Source of the DNA: Eledone cirrhosa
Lineage: Eukaryota
Length of the DNA stretch: 64,000 nucleotides
Assembly: GCA_964016885.1 (NCBI GenBank)
Contig: OZ024740.1
Coordinates: 375,534,001-375,598,000, forward strand
Direction of reading: 5' to 3'
How positions within the stretch are numbered: position 1 is the first letter of the stretch; every line of letters begins with the position of its first letter. A program made the translations under genes and the position numbers. Under the pieces are notes generated by a model, which was given only the letters and a program-made list of their open reading frames with translations, was not told the DNA's origin and did no database searches. Below are positions 27,053 to 43,892 of the stretch, one piece after another.

Positions 27053-29329
27053 TGTATATTTTAAATGTCAGCGAAACGTGCTAATTCACAAACACTTATA
27101 TGAGGGAAATTAAAACGAATAAAACCATTAAAACAGTTGAGATTTAAACAATTCCTAGAAACTGACAGGCATATAATGTATTCATGATAAAGTAAATATA
27201 CTATTACACATCTACTCATTAAGCGTTTAAAAATAAAACACGTTGGAAATAATATGCCATATACTCCTCCTTATAATGTGTGCACAGAAATATGGTAGCC
27301 TAATCTCTTTTTCATAGAATAGTCATATTTTCCGATTAATTGCTAACGAATTGAGATCCCGGTAGCATTAACGAAAACGAAATCCACATAAGCAAAATTG
27401 CTAGGATAATATATTTTTCAATGTATTTTCGTTGAGGATAGATGCTCTTAAGTGCGTATTTCCTATATTTTGTTAAAGATTATTTCATACAACTATAATT
27501 CACTCTAAAGGGAAGCTGCCCATATGTTGGTGTACCCTAATCTTTGTATTTTACCTGATCCTCGTCTTTTCCTCTAAATGCTTATTGATATAGCAACACA
27601 TGGGATACAATGTCTCTATAATTTATATTCCCAAGGATATAGAACATTGCTCACTAGGATTTTCATAAATGGTGTAGCATCAAAATATTTCCTCATAAGA
27701 AGACCTTACTTCATATACCAATGAGTTACACACTACATTAATTATAATTATGCAGAGACATTAATTAAATCGTATAACTACCTGATAAGTAACTAAATAT
27801 ACGGTGGTGGTTTTAACAAATTTAGAATGACGACACGAAGATGCATACCTAACATTATGAGCATTCACTAACTCTGTAAGTGATATATCAATAATTTACC
27901 TCGTCCATAAATTATTTACATTAAACAAAGTAGTTAGATGGAATAATTCAGTTTAATCAGTAGAATATATGTCATCAGTCTTTGCAGAAGGTTATTATAG
28001 TTCACTAAGTAAAATACTAAATAGTATTCTTCATAGCTTATTCTTGGGTAAGTAATGTTTCGTGCGTTTCAAGTATACTGTAGTCATATATCACAAACTA
28101 CTTCACACATATCGCTGCTGCAGTTGCATTGCCGTATATCTTAATTGTCTTCCTTGGGAAATAAAATTCACCGTTAGTGTAATTACATACATTATCAACT
28201 TTGCAGCTTTCGCTTATTGAATATTAAAAGTTAGTCGCATATTATAAGCTGCTTGTAGGGCGATAAATCAAACCTGGACTAAATATATTGCAGTCATAGC
28301 TTCAACTTCGCAACATGTGAATAGTGTGATGTTCATTGCGTTGGATCTATAAATTAAAGAGTGATTTAAATGGTTTATTTGTATAATATTCATTAAACCA
28401 TTTTTTTAAAATGTTGTTGTCTGTTATCAAATAGTAATTTGTTAGAGTCCAGTAATTTCTTTTTCTACCAACTATTCAATTGTCTCTATATCCTGTTCTA
28501 CGGTATGTCAGAATTTGCATCGGTAATTATTTCTTTTGTTACCACGTTCAATGACATCTAATGACATCAATTTATTGCAATATTTTTGAAACTGTTCGGC
28601 ATCGATGAATGGAAATATTGAGTGAATGTTACTACACGATTAGTTAAACCAGAACCATTGTCAATATTTCGTCCATACCAAATTTACCGTCTAGGGAGAT
28701 AATACATGCGATATGAAAGGAACAGGGCCATGTGCGAATAGTGGCGTAGTATGGTAGATTTTATTCAGATAGATTTTATGCCCTGGACAAAGATTTCGTG
28801 ATAAGTTTAACCTGGTCAGTTAATTTGATGCAATAATGGAAACCTCATGTAACTCCCACATCAATTTACCGTTCCCTTTAAGTCACGTCAGTATGATTAA
28901 TTGAAATCAGAGTTATTACAGCTCTGTGAAATCACCAAATATTCACGCAAAACATAATAGGCTACGTCTCGAGTAGGTTATAAATTTATATTTTAGCATC
29001 TAACAATAAGTCAATATAATCAATAATTTGATTGTTACATCTTAAATATGTAATTATATTCTGCAGATAATAATCGGTGGTATATCATAAGGAATTGACA
29101 ATGCAATTTAAAAGAAACTCAGCGTGTATCAAAGGATTGAATATATGAGATACAATGATACAACTTTAAGTGAAATATATTGTCGAGAAAATGTTGGCAG
29201 TGGAATACTTAAGCACATAGTGAGTCCTACGTTAATGTCTCTGATTACTATACTTTGCACTGCAGAATCACCAGAGCTGGGGTTTCATTTTAACACTGGC
29301 TCAGAGCATGAGAATAAAGGCTAAAAATA

Positions 29330-30115
29330 TATTAGATGCTGAATTTGCTGACGACATAGCTCTAGTGACAAACACAGTGAAAGTGGCAGAGAAGTTGATG
29401 CGAGATGTAGGGACTTTTTCGATAAGTGGGAGGGGTGTTGAGAGTCATTAAGAGTAAGACGAGGGTCTCTGGTGGAGAACATCAAGGATCCAGAGATGAT
29501 AAAGAATGAGGGCGGCAAGCCGCTAGAGTTGGTTGAGTACTTCCTGTATCTGGGTGCAAAGATTAGGATCACAGCGTATGATGTAGTAGAAAGAGAAAAC
29601 AAATCCTGGGTGGTGTGTCACAGTTGGTGTGGAAGTCAGACATTCATAAAGAACTAATTATCCGTCTCTTGAAAGCAACACTGGAGTCTGTGATGCTGTA
29701 CGAGCCTGAGACTTTAACACTGACCAAACAAATCACTCAGATGGTGGATGGGTGCTACAGTAGGAAGCTGAGGATGACTCTGAATATTAACAAGTACGTA
29801 CCGAGGATGAATAAATCAGAGCTATATGGGAGCCTCACGAAAATCAGCTCGAAAATGACACAGTGGAGTTTGATGTTACCTGGACAAGCTCACCGACATT
29901 CAGAGCTGACACTTCACTCAGTGATCCGGTGGGAGCACGTACACAGGCACACTGGAAGAGGGAGGCCGAGGATGAGATATATTGATGCCTTAAGGACAGC
30001 CACTGGTCTCTGAAAGACGCGGGACATAGCGATGATGATGGACAGAGACCGATTGAGAGAACTCGACCATTGATCTCGGGAAATTTACCCGTCTTAGAGA
30101 GATGCTGAATTGAGT
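29330..30115 (+). mobile_element. RTE-clade LINE 3' fragment, degenerate
   Basis: EFADDIAL, LELVEYFLYLGAKI, ESVMLYEPETLTLT, GRGRPRMRYID. Confidence 0.82.
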
Positions 30116-32949
30116 TAATGTGCAAAATAACCACGTATATAATAGTGCACTATCTTATATCTCTTCTCCATCATTTCTATGAACGTTTTCGGTTTCCTTT
30201 ATTGCCGGTTATACAATGTTATTCGTATATAATCAACAGAATCAGCTTCGGAAGCTGTTCTTATATACATCCATATAAATTCGTTTATATTGTCTTTGGC
30301 AGTAAACTGTATTGGAAAAATTATAATTTTTCTGTTATCTTATATTGTGTGCTTTTGTGTATGTGTGCTATTTTGTGTTTGTGGTTGTACTTTCATAGAT
30401 TCTCATACAGATGTGTGTAATTATGTTGTTCATATTAATAGACTATTTCAAAATTAATGATGTAAAATATATAGTTACATCTACACTGTGTCCCGCTCCA
30501 ACTAACTCAATTTGTTGGTCTAAAGTATCTTCTAACAATCTCCCCTTCTATATTTCTTCATTCTCGTGCCACTACTGCGGAAACGTGATGCGTTTAAAGC
30601 CATCCTGGGCGAATCAGGGAGAAGTAGAGCTTCCTCAGAAATAGATATGTTTGTCATCTTGCTAAGGAGGAATGGAATGCTACGAGGAATGGGATGTTAC
30701 GGAATGCAAAGATTAAATAAGACTGTTGGGTGAGTTTGCGTCTCGGCCATTCAAAAACCCAGTCCATGCCGTCCAGATGTTTAGGAGCAGTGTAATCGTC
30801 ATTTCCTAGAAATGGGCCGTGAGGAATCCAAACCTAAGGTAACGCTCTCGGTAAATCTTCCATGTTAGCGTTCTGTAGAGAAGTAATTGTGGGCAAGAAA
30901 TATGAGATTCTTGAAGAAATTCTAGAAGTTGACGAGATTGAAATGACTAATCTGTAAAGATCTTAATGGCATCTGAATAGAAAGGATAATGTACATTTTA
31001 TTCATAACTCCTTAATGGCTTCCTGGAGGAGTTTGGACACGCTAAATCACTTGCCTTGCTCTGAACACACTGTTAAATAAAAGTCAATAGGTAGGAGCTT
31101 TTACTCTAAGGTCCTTGGATATGTAATGCGTCTATTCCCTACTAACTAAGCATTTCTACTTTAATCCTACTTCACTCTGATTATGAAATGTGATCCATGG
31201 CTAACAGAGAAAAGTCTATCATGCGGAGATAACAACAAATCACAGCTGATATAGGAACATACATGGCTAAATGATTTATACAATTGTATAGTGTATATTG
31301 TATATTAAATTAATTCAACAATTCCTAAGAGTATGAGATGCTACATATTTTATAAGGAAAATATCCTCGAAAACGTATCATAAGAGTTTATGTATGACAT
31401 ACAGGACTTTTGACATCTTCCGTTCATTGATCGTAAAAATTTGAAAGTATATCTTGTGGCAAGTTATTATATTTTTAGATTACGTAAATATGCTATTGAA
31501 TATTATATATTAATTCGACAAAAGATTATATGTAATTTGTTTAACATTGCATGCTTGTGTATTTATTTTGAATTGTTAGGTATACATCAGATTCTGTGGG
31601 GATGGCATAATACACATCGTAGTTAGGGAAATATATAAAATGTTCTTGCATATTGGAAATCTCCAAGGAAACTAATGTATATCATGGAAGAGTTATGAAC
31701 TATAAAGCTATATCTAAGAAAGTTTATTCTGGAATTAAAGTGTATGCTTCCTAAAATAAATCATATTCTCAGTTTTGGTATATAACGAAATATAATGGCG
31801 ATATTAACATTAATTAGCGTACAAGTTCCTTTGCTCACTTGCAACAGTAGCAATTACAATAGAGGAGGGAAATATTTATTCATTTTTGGTTCTCAATGAT
31901 ATGCATTTTCAAGTGGCAGAAAGAATGTTATTGTAGCGGTTCACAGAGTTTGCATTCGGATTTGTTCTTAACTTGAGGTGATTATGATAATAGTTTTGAA
32001 TAGATTTAATACAAATGTTAGCACGACATATGGACAAAACCTATAAAACATCTATCAAAAGAATCGGATTTTATTACCTAACATAAATGGCAATATATTT
32101 CTTGCGTTCATATTATACTGCATTGGTTACATGTCCTATAATTACATGAAAATAAAGATATCTTTCTGAATTATATTGTTAAAATAATTTGTAAAACTGA
32201 CTATCTCAAATATTCCTGCATCATATATTTCAGGATCAAATATTTGCCACCCCAGTTCAATTATCATGCACAATATTGCGGAACCTCTATTGTGATATGA
32301 ATTGGAAATATTCTACTTCTTGTGAAAATATTTACCATATACAGGAAATTATCATCATCTAATATTATTATTTTATTTGTTTATCTGTCGACTCGTGATA
32401 CAGGTCGGTCTCGAAAGTTTGTTTTTATTCCAAATGATATCCAACGTATTTATTTTAACATTTGATATTTTATTAGAATTAAACTAATCAGATCTACATG
32501 AGATGGTTTGTTTTTATCTACATGTTGTCCTTATGTGCTAAACATGTATTTGGTTTCTAACCAAGACCCGCCACTGTTTTGGGGAACAAATTGGCGGACA
32601 CGGTTTTATGTTCGCAAGGATGGAAGAGCCAAAATTCTCAAAACTATGACAGAAACAACAAATATAATGCTACACGGGAGGATTATCAAATACATTTCCT
32701 TTATTTAGAAAAGAAATTCAAAGCCGCCGTCACCGCCATAAGAACTACTAAATGAAATGACCACAACGCAAAAAACAACACTACCATGAACACTGTCACC
32801 ATTACAACCACCACACCCACCAATGGAACAACCAAAATATAACAGAAAAGACAAAGAATAACTGTAATGCAAATAACATATAAATAATAGCAACAATAAG
32901 AATAACAATATTAACAATAACAATGACAACAGCATCAACACATCTGAAA

Positions 32950-34620
32950 CAATGACTGCCAAATGTACTCAACATTTTAGAAAAAGAAACATGTTTGTCT
33001 CAAGCGGCCAGCCTAATCAATCTACAAAATATCCTTGGCTGAGGTAACCTCCAACAGCCCACCGAGGTGTTGACAGAAACTAAAAAAACAACAGAATTTA
33101 CAAATGCATATCCACAAATACCAAATGGCCGGAGTTACCGAATCAGACTGACGAAGAAAGAGTATTGAAAGAGGTAATGCCCGATTTACAGCACCTCACG
33201 AGAGCAGCATCCACATGAAGGTGAAATGACCCCGATGAAGGAAGCAACATCCACATGAAGGTGAAATGACCCCGATGAGAAACTATGGGAGGATCACTGG
33301 GGAGCTGCTACACTGCATTAGCGTGGTTAACATCAATAATATCCCAACGATCATTCGACTTCCAGAGGGGTGACGTTGCATGTTACGGCTGAGTGCAGAA
33401 GGATCCGTTGTCATCTGTATGGCGAAACTGGCCACTTGAGAGTTTTATTTACCTCAATAGAATACCAAAAAATGGGAACAAGTGAGTCTCCTTTTTAGCA
33501 AGGCCAGGATCCAAAGAGCTACAACAACGACACCAGCGGATAACAGCGATGCTATCTCCAGTAGTAGCAGCAACATCAACAAAATTGATGGAAAATAAAC
33601 AAAAACAACCCCACCAGCAGTAGCAGTAGTACCAATATAACCACCAACAGCTGAAAGAACAGCAGGCACCAAATCTCCCAACGAAGCTTTCCCTTTTCTA
33701 TCTTCCATAGGTACACACATAGACACGTCTGTTAAAAGTTCCAAAGTTCATTCGGAAGCGCTTCCGCTACAACATGGTAACAACTAAGTCAAACCAAACA
33801 GGTGGGCTTTAAAGGGGTTCCCATAGAGACCACAACCAGATTTGGAGATCGAACAACAGCACTGGGAGGGTAACTAGTACACCTTTTTGCTCTATCTCTT
33901 TCCGGCCAACGTGGCGATTTTCCCAATAAGTTGCATAAACGTACTTTACCTGGGCTCCAAGCAATCATCAGTACCCATTTTGACACATTTCTCGTCAACC
34001 TATCTCTTATTTGGCATGTAATGAAAGGCAGAGTTGTTTACAAATGGCCTGGACTTGAGTGATGGAATAGACGATAGATGCAGGAGTTGCAATATATCAA
34101 GAAGCTGATCAGACAACTTCAGCTCTCAGACAGGTATAGTCCAGATGTTCCGAATGCGCCAGGTTCGACATGTTGCAAACGCATATTTTCCGCTAGATAG
34201 TATTTAGATATGGGTAGCGTAGGATGACCGTTTGTATTTGGGGTCAAATTTATAAACTGCATTTTCGACATAGATAAAACACGTAGACAGAGACCCGGTT
34301 GCTTGACGATAAAGCCTATTTAGCGTCGTAAAGTATGTGGCAACCGGATCAGCACATTAGTTTAGTTAAGAGACAATATTAACGCGGAAATAGTCAACAA
34401 CCGCTGGTCGTCCGCTGTCAAGAGGCCGATTACAGAAGAATAGATAGCTTTTGGTAAAGAAGTAGCAATAGAAAAGAACACAGCAGAAGGCCAGTTAGTT
34501 GCTAAATTAGAAGAGGTAATTAAGAGTGGAATTGCACAAAATGCGCTCGTAGCTAGTAGCAATAAAAGCTTTATTTCATGCAAAATACGAAGGCTGCTTG
34601 GCAGAGCTAAGGAACGTTTA
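32950..34620 (+). mobile_element. Highly degraded L1/Tx1-like LINE 5' part (ORF1 knuckle, ORF2 N-terminal region)
   Basis: CHLYGETGHL knuckle-like sequence at ~33409, low-complexity linker, NNRWSSAVKR-like and EGQLVAKLEE segments; 40-bp tandem duplication at ~33202-33279. Confidence 0.5.
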
Positions 34621-34849
34621 CTAAGAAACAAAAGAACGAAAAGTGTGCGTGGGCAACGGCACAGCGTGGAAAGTAAGCTACAATTATATTTCAAGCAGAT
34701 GTGTGAGGTTTTCCAGCGGCATATTGCTCAACTGTTCTGTGCAATGGGTTAAGAAGATGGAAAATATTGACAATGGAACGTGTCTCTTCCACAAGTTATT
34801 GAAGAGTAGGCATTCCAATTTGGCGAAGCGGAAACATTGCCTTCAATGA

Positions 34850-35260
34850 TAGATTCTTCTAGGCTCGTTTCTGGGTGAGAGTAGTCACTCAGTTACCTCG
34901 TCTCAGTACCTATCCACCTGGGGTTTTGTCCCAAACCAGACCCGAGAAGCGTCACTAGTCCGTCCAGCAAGCGTTCGACGACGTTATTGAACGGCATATA
35001 TTTGCTTCTACAAGTGCCGAGCTCTTTTCCGATTTGATCAATCTTTCATATTCCCCTAAGAAATTGCCGATCATCTCGATTATCAAGGTGCTTGAAACCA
35101 TCACGTTGAAATCGTCTGCATAAGCCGACACAATAATTCCCCGTCCTTGTTCGATAGGGACGCACTGCAACAGCTCCACCTTCTGCAGTATTGGTTCGAG
35201 AGACATGACGTACATAAGGGAGGATAGGGAGAGTAATTGACATTTTCAGAATGAGGAGAA
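34850..35260 (-). mobile_element. L1/Tx1-like RT fragment
   Basis: LYVMSLEPILQKVELLQCVPIE...SAYADDFNVMVS, homologous to 16740-16870. Confidence 0.8.
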
Positions 35261-36996
35261 TATGAAGTTCGATGTAAATTGGGTAAATAAAGTGGAAGCT
35301 TTTCCTGTCGGGATACTGTTTGTGAGTTATGGTGAGGTTTGCCTCACCATTCGTGATGATTTTGAAGCAGACAGAAATAATTCTAGCGTGAAACCGAAAG
35401 AAGATACTCTAATTTGGGAAGCGAGAGGGCTTGACTCTTATGTGAATCGTCTAGGAAGTTTTGTGTTAGGGTATGTCACTCTTGCATGGCTGCGTTCATA
35501 GAAATGAAGATTTCCAATCATTTAAGACATTACTTTTCTATGTCTGTTGGTGTTGAGAATTTCGTTGTATGAAGAATGGAATATGATATTCCTGAGATGA
35601 TTTCTCTTTAAACTGCCGAGAATTTGTAAAGGTGCTGTTGAATCATATTGACTAATACAGGCCAACTAATAGAACTTCGACCGGTTCCTTGATTTCAAGC
35701 TCCAGGTGTGTCTCAGTGTTGTAGTAGCGGAATGAGTATTTGATAGCCGGGAACACACCGTTAGCAGGTGGAGATTTAATAAATGCAGGAATATAACGAT
35801 GATTGCTGTTCAATTTACTTTTGTATCGATGAGATATACGAATAATGGCAATAATAATTATTAAGAGATTTTGTAATTATAAATGGTTTGACATTCAGAG
35901 CAACATTGTTGTTTGTGGGTGATAATACGAGTTTCTATATTTAACAAACCGTCGAAGATACGTCACAAATAAAGTGGATATACGGTTCCGATTGAGTGTG
36001 AGAATTTGCAAAAGAAATATTGATAGCTGGAGTAATTCTGACAGTGATATAAATAGATTTCTTCTTTGGAGAATTGTGGCCTAGTAACTAAATAGAATTC
36101 TTTATGAATGTTATTTGTGACTCAGTTAAGATCCATTCTGTTTAAAACACTATAAAATCCTAATTTTATCAAATATGATTCACATCTATCTTTAAATCTC
36201 CTCAGATTTTTCATTTCAGTTCAACTTGTTTTAAGAATGTTTCGATGCAAATCACAATTAGAGATGTTTCATAAAAAGAATTCACTTCCGGGAAAGGGTT
36301 TCCTTAATTGAATTCCTCAAATTCCCATTAAATATAATCCATTTCGCCAAAAGTATTTGGAGCGAACATCGCCGAATATGTGATCGATTTTAATATTAGT
36401 GTAATTTGTTGAAGAGATTATGTTGGACAATTTTATTATCACATGTATACAGACATGTAGTCTTTGTCTAATAAATGTTATCATATGCTTTGATATTGTA
36501 AGCTGCGATATCGGCGATTAATTATTTTAACATGAGAATGATTGGACGTCTATAACATTAGACATAATATGTCTGGTGTATAAAGATAAATTCCATAATA
36601 TGGAAAGATTCTCCTCAAATGGCGAATAAAAATTAATTTTAAGTTGAATGTACATATTCGATAGTATTCTTTGTTGGTGTGGATTTATTGAGACTCTCGT
36701 CAACAATACGAAATAATGATGATGACTATAGCATAGTCTCTACTGTTCAGCTTATGGCAGGATTTTATTGAATTTCGTTATCTTTCGAAAACTGACAGGC
36801 TACACAGCAGTTGGAATGACAAGTTCCATCTATGAGAGTCATGCATTGAAGAATTTATTTTCTCGAAACTACATAGCTAACAGGAAGTTTAACGTTGAGT
36901 GGGTGTTTATAAATCATGAATTGTTTCGTATATTTAAAAGAAGGTTGGGTTTCACATGATACTCGGAATAAATCTGACTTAATTGTATACAACAAA

Positions 36997-38804
<1,808 letters not shown>

Positions 38805-38810
<6 letters not shown>

Positions 38811-39986
38811 ACAGATTCCAACGTGCCCTAAAACTCGACATCCAGTAACTCAGACACCCCAAACCCAGGAATGAACCTCAACAGAAAACTCTACCATACA
38901 TCTCCACAGATAACCCCCTCAACAATGAGACATTCGACACCATCCTCCAGAACAATCCTTTACTAAAAAGAGACCCAAGAATGAACAAAATCCTCCAAAC
39001 ACCCAGCATTATAAAGAGTAAAAGACAACCTAAATCCATTAAAAACATCCTCACACAAGCCAAAATCCAACAAACCCTCACAATGAACAAAATGCGGAAG
39101 GCCCAACTGTGGCATATGCATAAATCTAATAGAATGTTCAACATTCCATTTTAAACAAGGACAACATTTCACAGTTAAACACAACTTTACATGTGCATCT
39201 GAAAACCTAATCTATGTTTTGACCTGCTCAGGTTGTCAAGAGCACTTCATAGGACAGACAAAAAACAGCCTCCGACAACGTATGACCGTCCATAAATCAC
39301 AAATCAAAATACAGTAATACAGAAAGATTGCGCTTAGTGAACATATCGCCAATTGTGCACCCAACCAACATCCAAACTTTAAAATTTGCCAATTTACAAA
39401 TTCATAGACAACGCTACTTTCAACCATCGTACCAATAAGGAAACGTATTTCATTAACAAATTCCAACCTTTACTTAATGCACTAAACTTCGGACTAAACT
39501 AAAACTGGAACGAACAATGAAACATTCACAAATACCTATGTCTCTCTCTCAACAGTTACCTCCCTACACACTACCTAATACTTTTTCTTAAATAAATTAA
39601 ATACCATCCACTATTTCTCTGCCACCCTGAATTACCTCCACCTGCATATTAACTCTCTAAAAAAGGGAAATCATATCAACCACCAGACCACCATTAGCTC
39701 CATCATGGATCAACTAAGCACTCTTGCTATATTAGCACATTTGGATCTGCTTATCCTCAAGAACTATGCATGTAAATAACATTAATTTTTCTTTCACATT
39801 GCCTTATTATGTTCCACATTACGCCCCTTTTTTCTGTTTTCTGTTCACTTCATAAAACTTGTTTGTAAATAACATTATTCTTTCTGCACCATTTCTTTAA
39901 AATTTCCAACACCAACATTCTACACCAATACATAGTATTATCATTTGATAATGCATAAAAATGCTGAAACCGGTAATAGACAAATA
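38805..39986 (+). mobile_element. Penelope-like 3' portion (right arm); continues at 43535-43740 after the Helitron
   Basis: Reverse complement of ~37305-38465 with GIY-YIG remnants; 43535-43740 matches 37115-37304 inverted. Confidence 0.88.
39941..39980 (+). ncRNA. Hammerhead variant (U3-A8)
   Basis: tcat-TTGATAA-tgcataaaaatgct-GAAA-ccgg-TA-ataga. Confidence 0.6.
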
Positions 39987-40457
39987 TCTATTATGTAAAT
40001 GTGAAATGGGTGAACATTGTCTGATATAGACAAAAGGCTAGTACCAATGCTCTGATTGACATGAAAATGTACACATTAATGTTAAATGTGCCGAGAAAGC
40101 GACAGGTCTACATGGGGTCTCTAATTTGAAAGATATGGTCTCTAGGGCGAAAAAACCGTCCTTTTCTATCGATTTTACATCTCTATAGTTTCTTAGCTTT
40201 ACTCTCTCCGTCGCTCTTCCCTCTCTCTATAATAGATCATTCCCCCTCTCTACAATTTAACTGCTTTACCCTCTCTCTTTCGCTCTTCACTTCCTATATG
40301 ACAACACTGCAGAGAGAGATAGGCCGTTAGACAGAGAGAGATACAATTAAAGTGTTAGATATTCAGAGAGAGAGAGAGAGAGACAGAGAGGGACCATCAA
40401 ACTTTAGTTAACTTTCAGTAACGTGTTATATATATTTGATCTGTCGTCGCTCGCATA

Positions 40458-40468
40458 GCACACACACA

Positions 40469-40551
<83 letters not shown>

Positions 40552-40672
40552 ACACACACACATACACACACACACACATACACACACACATACACACACA
40601 CACACACACACGGACACACACACGCATACACACACACACACACACACAGACACACACACACACACACATACA
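40458..40672. repeat. (CA)n microsatellite within the Helitron
   Basis: Direct repeat. Confidence 0.97.
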
Positions 40673-40829
40673 CGATACTTATATAAAGCTGAGCGTCGTG
40701 TGTGTGTATGTATGTGTGTATGTATGTAACCTACACACCTCCCTATACTATTTAACTTAAATACTTTTATATCCATCTCTTAATGAAGCATTTTCAATAC
40801 ATTATACGTAAACAATGACATTAATTTTT

Positions 40830-43408
40830 CGCTTGGGAACAAGTGCACCAAACACAACCCCGGAGCCTCCACCAGGGAAACTTGCACTGGGGTTGACGGC
40901 TACCCCATCTACCGGCAGCGTGCTCCCGATTTTGGCGGCCTTTCGGCTAGGATTAAGAAGAAAGGGAAAGAATACGACATTGACAACAGCTGGGTGGTGC
41001 CTTACATCCCTTTGCTCGCTAACAGTTTTAATGCTCACATTAATGTGGAGTCCTGCACATCTGTTAAAAGCATTATATGCATCTGCAAATACGTCAACAA
41101 AGGCGGCGACATGGAGGTGGTTGTCCTCAGTGATGGCGTAGAATCAAAACAGGAAATTACTAAGTTCATGATGGGAAGATACATTTCGTCCAATATGGTG
41201 GCTTTGCGCATTTGGGGGCTTGAAATTAATCGGTGCTATACAGCAGTTGTAAACTTGGATGTTCACTTAGAGAATGGTCAACGCATTTATTTCACTGAGG
41301 AAACCGCATCGGCTACTGCCGACAGCTACTTGAGACGACGCTTACAACAATTTTTAAGCTATGTTCTGTCCATACGTTTGCAGTTACCCTTTTTTACGTC
41401 GGTGTACCTACCTAATTCACTTGGTCGAACAAAAAATGGCATCGGCGGCGACAAGGGGAAAGAATTGAAGATTGGGTAGGTTTCTTCAGAAGTAATGCCA
41501 TCGGATGCGTGTACAATGTTCATCCGAAGCAACAACAATGCTTTTTCCTGGGAATATTGCTGCATCAAATCAAAGGGCCCAAGTCATTCGTCGACCTAAG
41601 ACTTTTCGATGGCCACATTTGTTCCAGTTACAGGGACGCATGCGTGAAGCGCGGGCTACTCGAGGATGATGCCCACCTGAACGTGGCGTTGACAGAGGCT
41701 GCTGAATGTAAGATGCCTCGAGAAATGAGACGTCTGTTTTGCATATTGCTATTGCTCTGCGGCATAGGTGAGCCTCTTAAAATTTGGGAAACACATAAAA
41801 ACAACTTGTCAGAGGTCATCCTCCATAGACTACGATCCAGCGGCTGGCCTTGATTTCAACGATGCGGTGTACAATGAGGCCCTCATCAACATGGACAACC
41901 ATCTTAAAGCTCTTGGGGTTGGCGGTGTACCTGATTTTGGTTTGCCACAACCTCGAAACACTCACAGTGCTTTAAATGTGGAGTTCATGCGGGAGTTAAA
42001 TTACAACATCGACGATATGAAACATCAGGTAGCTCACGATGAACCCAGACTTTTGCATGAACAGAGACGAGCATATGACAGTATTCGCTCCAATGTCAAT
42101 TCAAATAAGGGACGGCTATTTTTACCGGATGCTCCTGGCGGAACAAGAAAAGCTTTTCTCATCAACATTTTACTTGCGAATCTACGAAAAGACAAGCGGA
42201 TTGCTTTAGCGGTCGTCTCCGATGGTATTGTGGCGACACTGTTACATGGCGGTCGTACGGCACACTCCGCATTCAAATTGCCTTTGGACATTGCTAAGAA
42301 GGATAATCCTACATGTAGAATAGATCGTGGGGACCCTAAAGCACACCTTCTTTCTGAGTGATGCTTGATCATATGGAACGAGGCTACCATGAGTCACAAG
42401 GCGCACTTTGAGGCTCTGGATCGAATTCTCAAGAACTTGCGTCGGAACTCACGCGTCATGGGGGGAGCGACAGTACTAATGGCTGGAGACTTCCGACAGA
42501 CTCTTCCAGTTATCACTAGAGGCACTAGAGCTGACGAAGTAAAAGCATGCATCAAGTCGTCCTACGTATGGCAGTATGCCCATAAAGTACATCTGACTAC
42601 CAACATGAGAGTGCATGTGCATGGTCACGCAGACTCCATCGATTTCTCAAAACATCTACTGGAAGTTGGTAATGGAACTACACCTGAAGTGGATGAAGAG
42701 CATATCCGTTTGCCTTTTGGGAACTTTGTGTCAAACATTGACGAATTAATGTCATCTGTATTTCCAGACCTTGAATAACGATTCCATGATCACACCTGGC
42801 TGAAGGGGAGAGCTACTTTGGCACCATACAATGCCACTGTTGACGTGATGAACCAAAAACTACTCGATCAGATTCCCGGAAATGAAGTCTCCTTCAAGTC
42901 AATTGACACCAATAAAAACGCGGACGATGCCGTCATCTACCCAATTGAATTCCTCAACAGTCAACTACCTCCAGGACTTCCTCCTCATGATCTGAAACTG
43001 AAGGTTGGTGTGCCAGTTATACTGCTGAGAAACATGGATACACCAGAACTATGCAAAGGAATGCGTTTAATCATAAAAAAAATAATGACCCAAATTCTGG
43101 ACACAACCATTTTGAGCGGACACGCTGCTGGCGTGACCAGGTAAATTACCCCTATGAGCCTTAGTCCCTTTGACGTCCCTTATGAATTTACGCGACGGCA
43201 GTTTCCCATAAAACTCTGCTTTGCAATGAGCATTAACAATGCACAAGGACAATTGCTGCAAGTGGTTGGCCTAAATCCAACACAGCAGGTATTTTCCCAT
43301 GGTCAACTATACGTCGGTTGCTCTCGCGTCGGCAGTCCACACAATCTCTTCATTGGTGGTAACCCGGGCAACACCAGGAACGTTGTCTACAAAGAAGCCC
43401 TGCAATAA
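40830..43408 (+). pseudogene. Helitron RepHel (Rep C-terminal part + PIF1-family helicase), multiple stops and frameshifts
   Basis: DGYPIYR, DNSWVVPY...AHINVE...KYVNKG, DAPGGTRK (Walker A), GGRTAHSAFKLP, GDFRQTLPV, QFPIKLCFAMSINNAQGQ, HGQLYVGCSRV. Confidence 0.93.
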
Positions 43409-43771
43409 CATCTTTGAACCCTACTGTACCCAACGTCTCGCTGTCAAACCACTCACTTCACGTCGCCCCTCAACTTATTAACTTAAGAAAAAGTGTCCCC
43501 GAGTAGCCCATGTGCAACCGGGCTCAGCTGGTAGTTAAATATATAAATAAATAAATAAATAAATGCCATTGTTAATAAATAAATAAATCAACTAATACCT
43601 TAACACTTCTTACAAAGTAAAATATTTCGTTTTAATCATTTTCTAACCCAGAAAAGAGAGAGAGAGAAATAAAAAGGAAAAAAAATATATTTTTCTTCCT
43701 AATAATCGTCTTTTTCTCCCTGTTTACATATGTATATATATGTCCTAACTCGTGTGCTTCCTCTCCACATT

Positions 43772-43804
<33 letters not shown>

Positions 43805-43891
43805 AAGGCCAGCAATTACCCAGTACATTACTGGTACTTTATTTTATCGACCCCGTAAGGATGAAAGGGAAAGTTAACCTCGGCGGGATTT
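43805..43891 (-). mobile_element. tRNA-derived SINE fragment
   Basis: Reverse complement of the SINE core at 11880-11965. Confidence 0.8.
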
Positions 43892-43892
43892 A

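Larger units (their letters stand above)
39987..43534 (+). mobile_element. Helitron, internally deleted and decayed
   Basis: Starts TC, ends ...ctggTAG with a subterminal hairpin agccc...gggct (43505-43524); inserted at A|T without TSD, as judged from the uninterrupted opposite arm. Confidence 0.92.

Noticed and set aside
30500-31130. Possible degraded LINE on the minus strand
   Set aside because: Only vague motif similarity; cannot be supported without a search.
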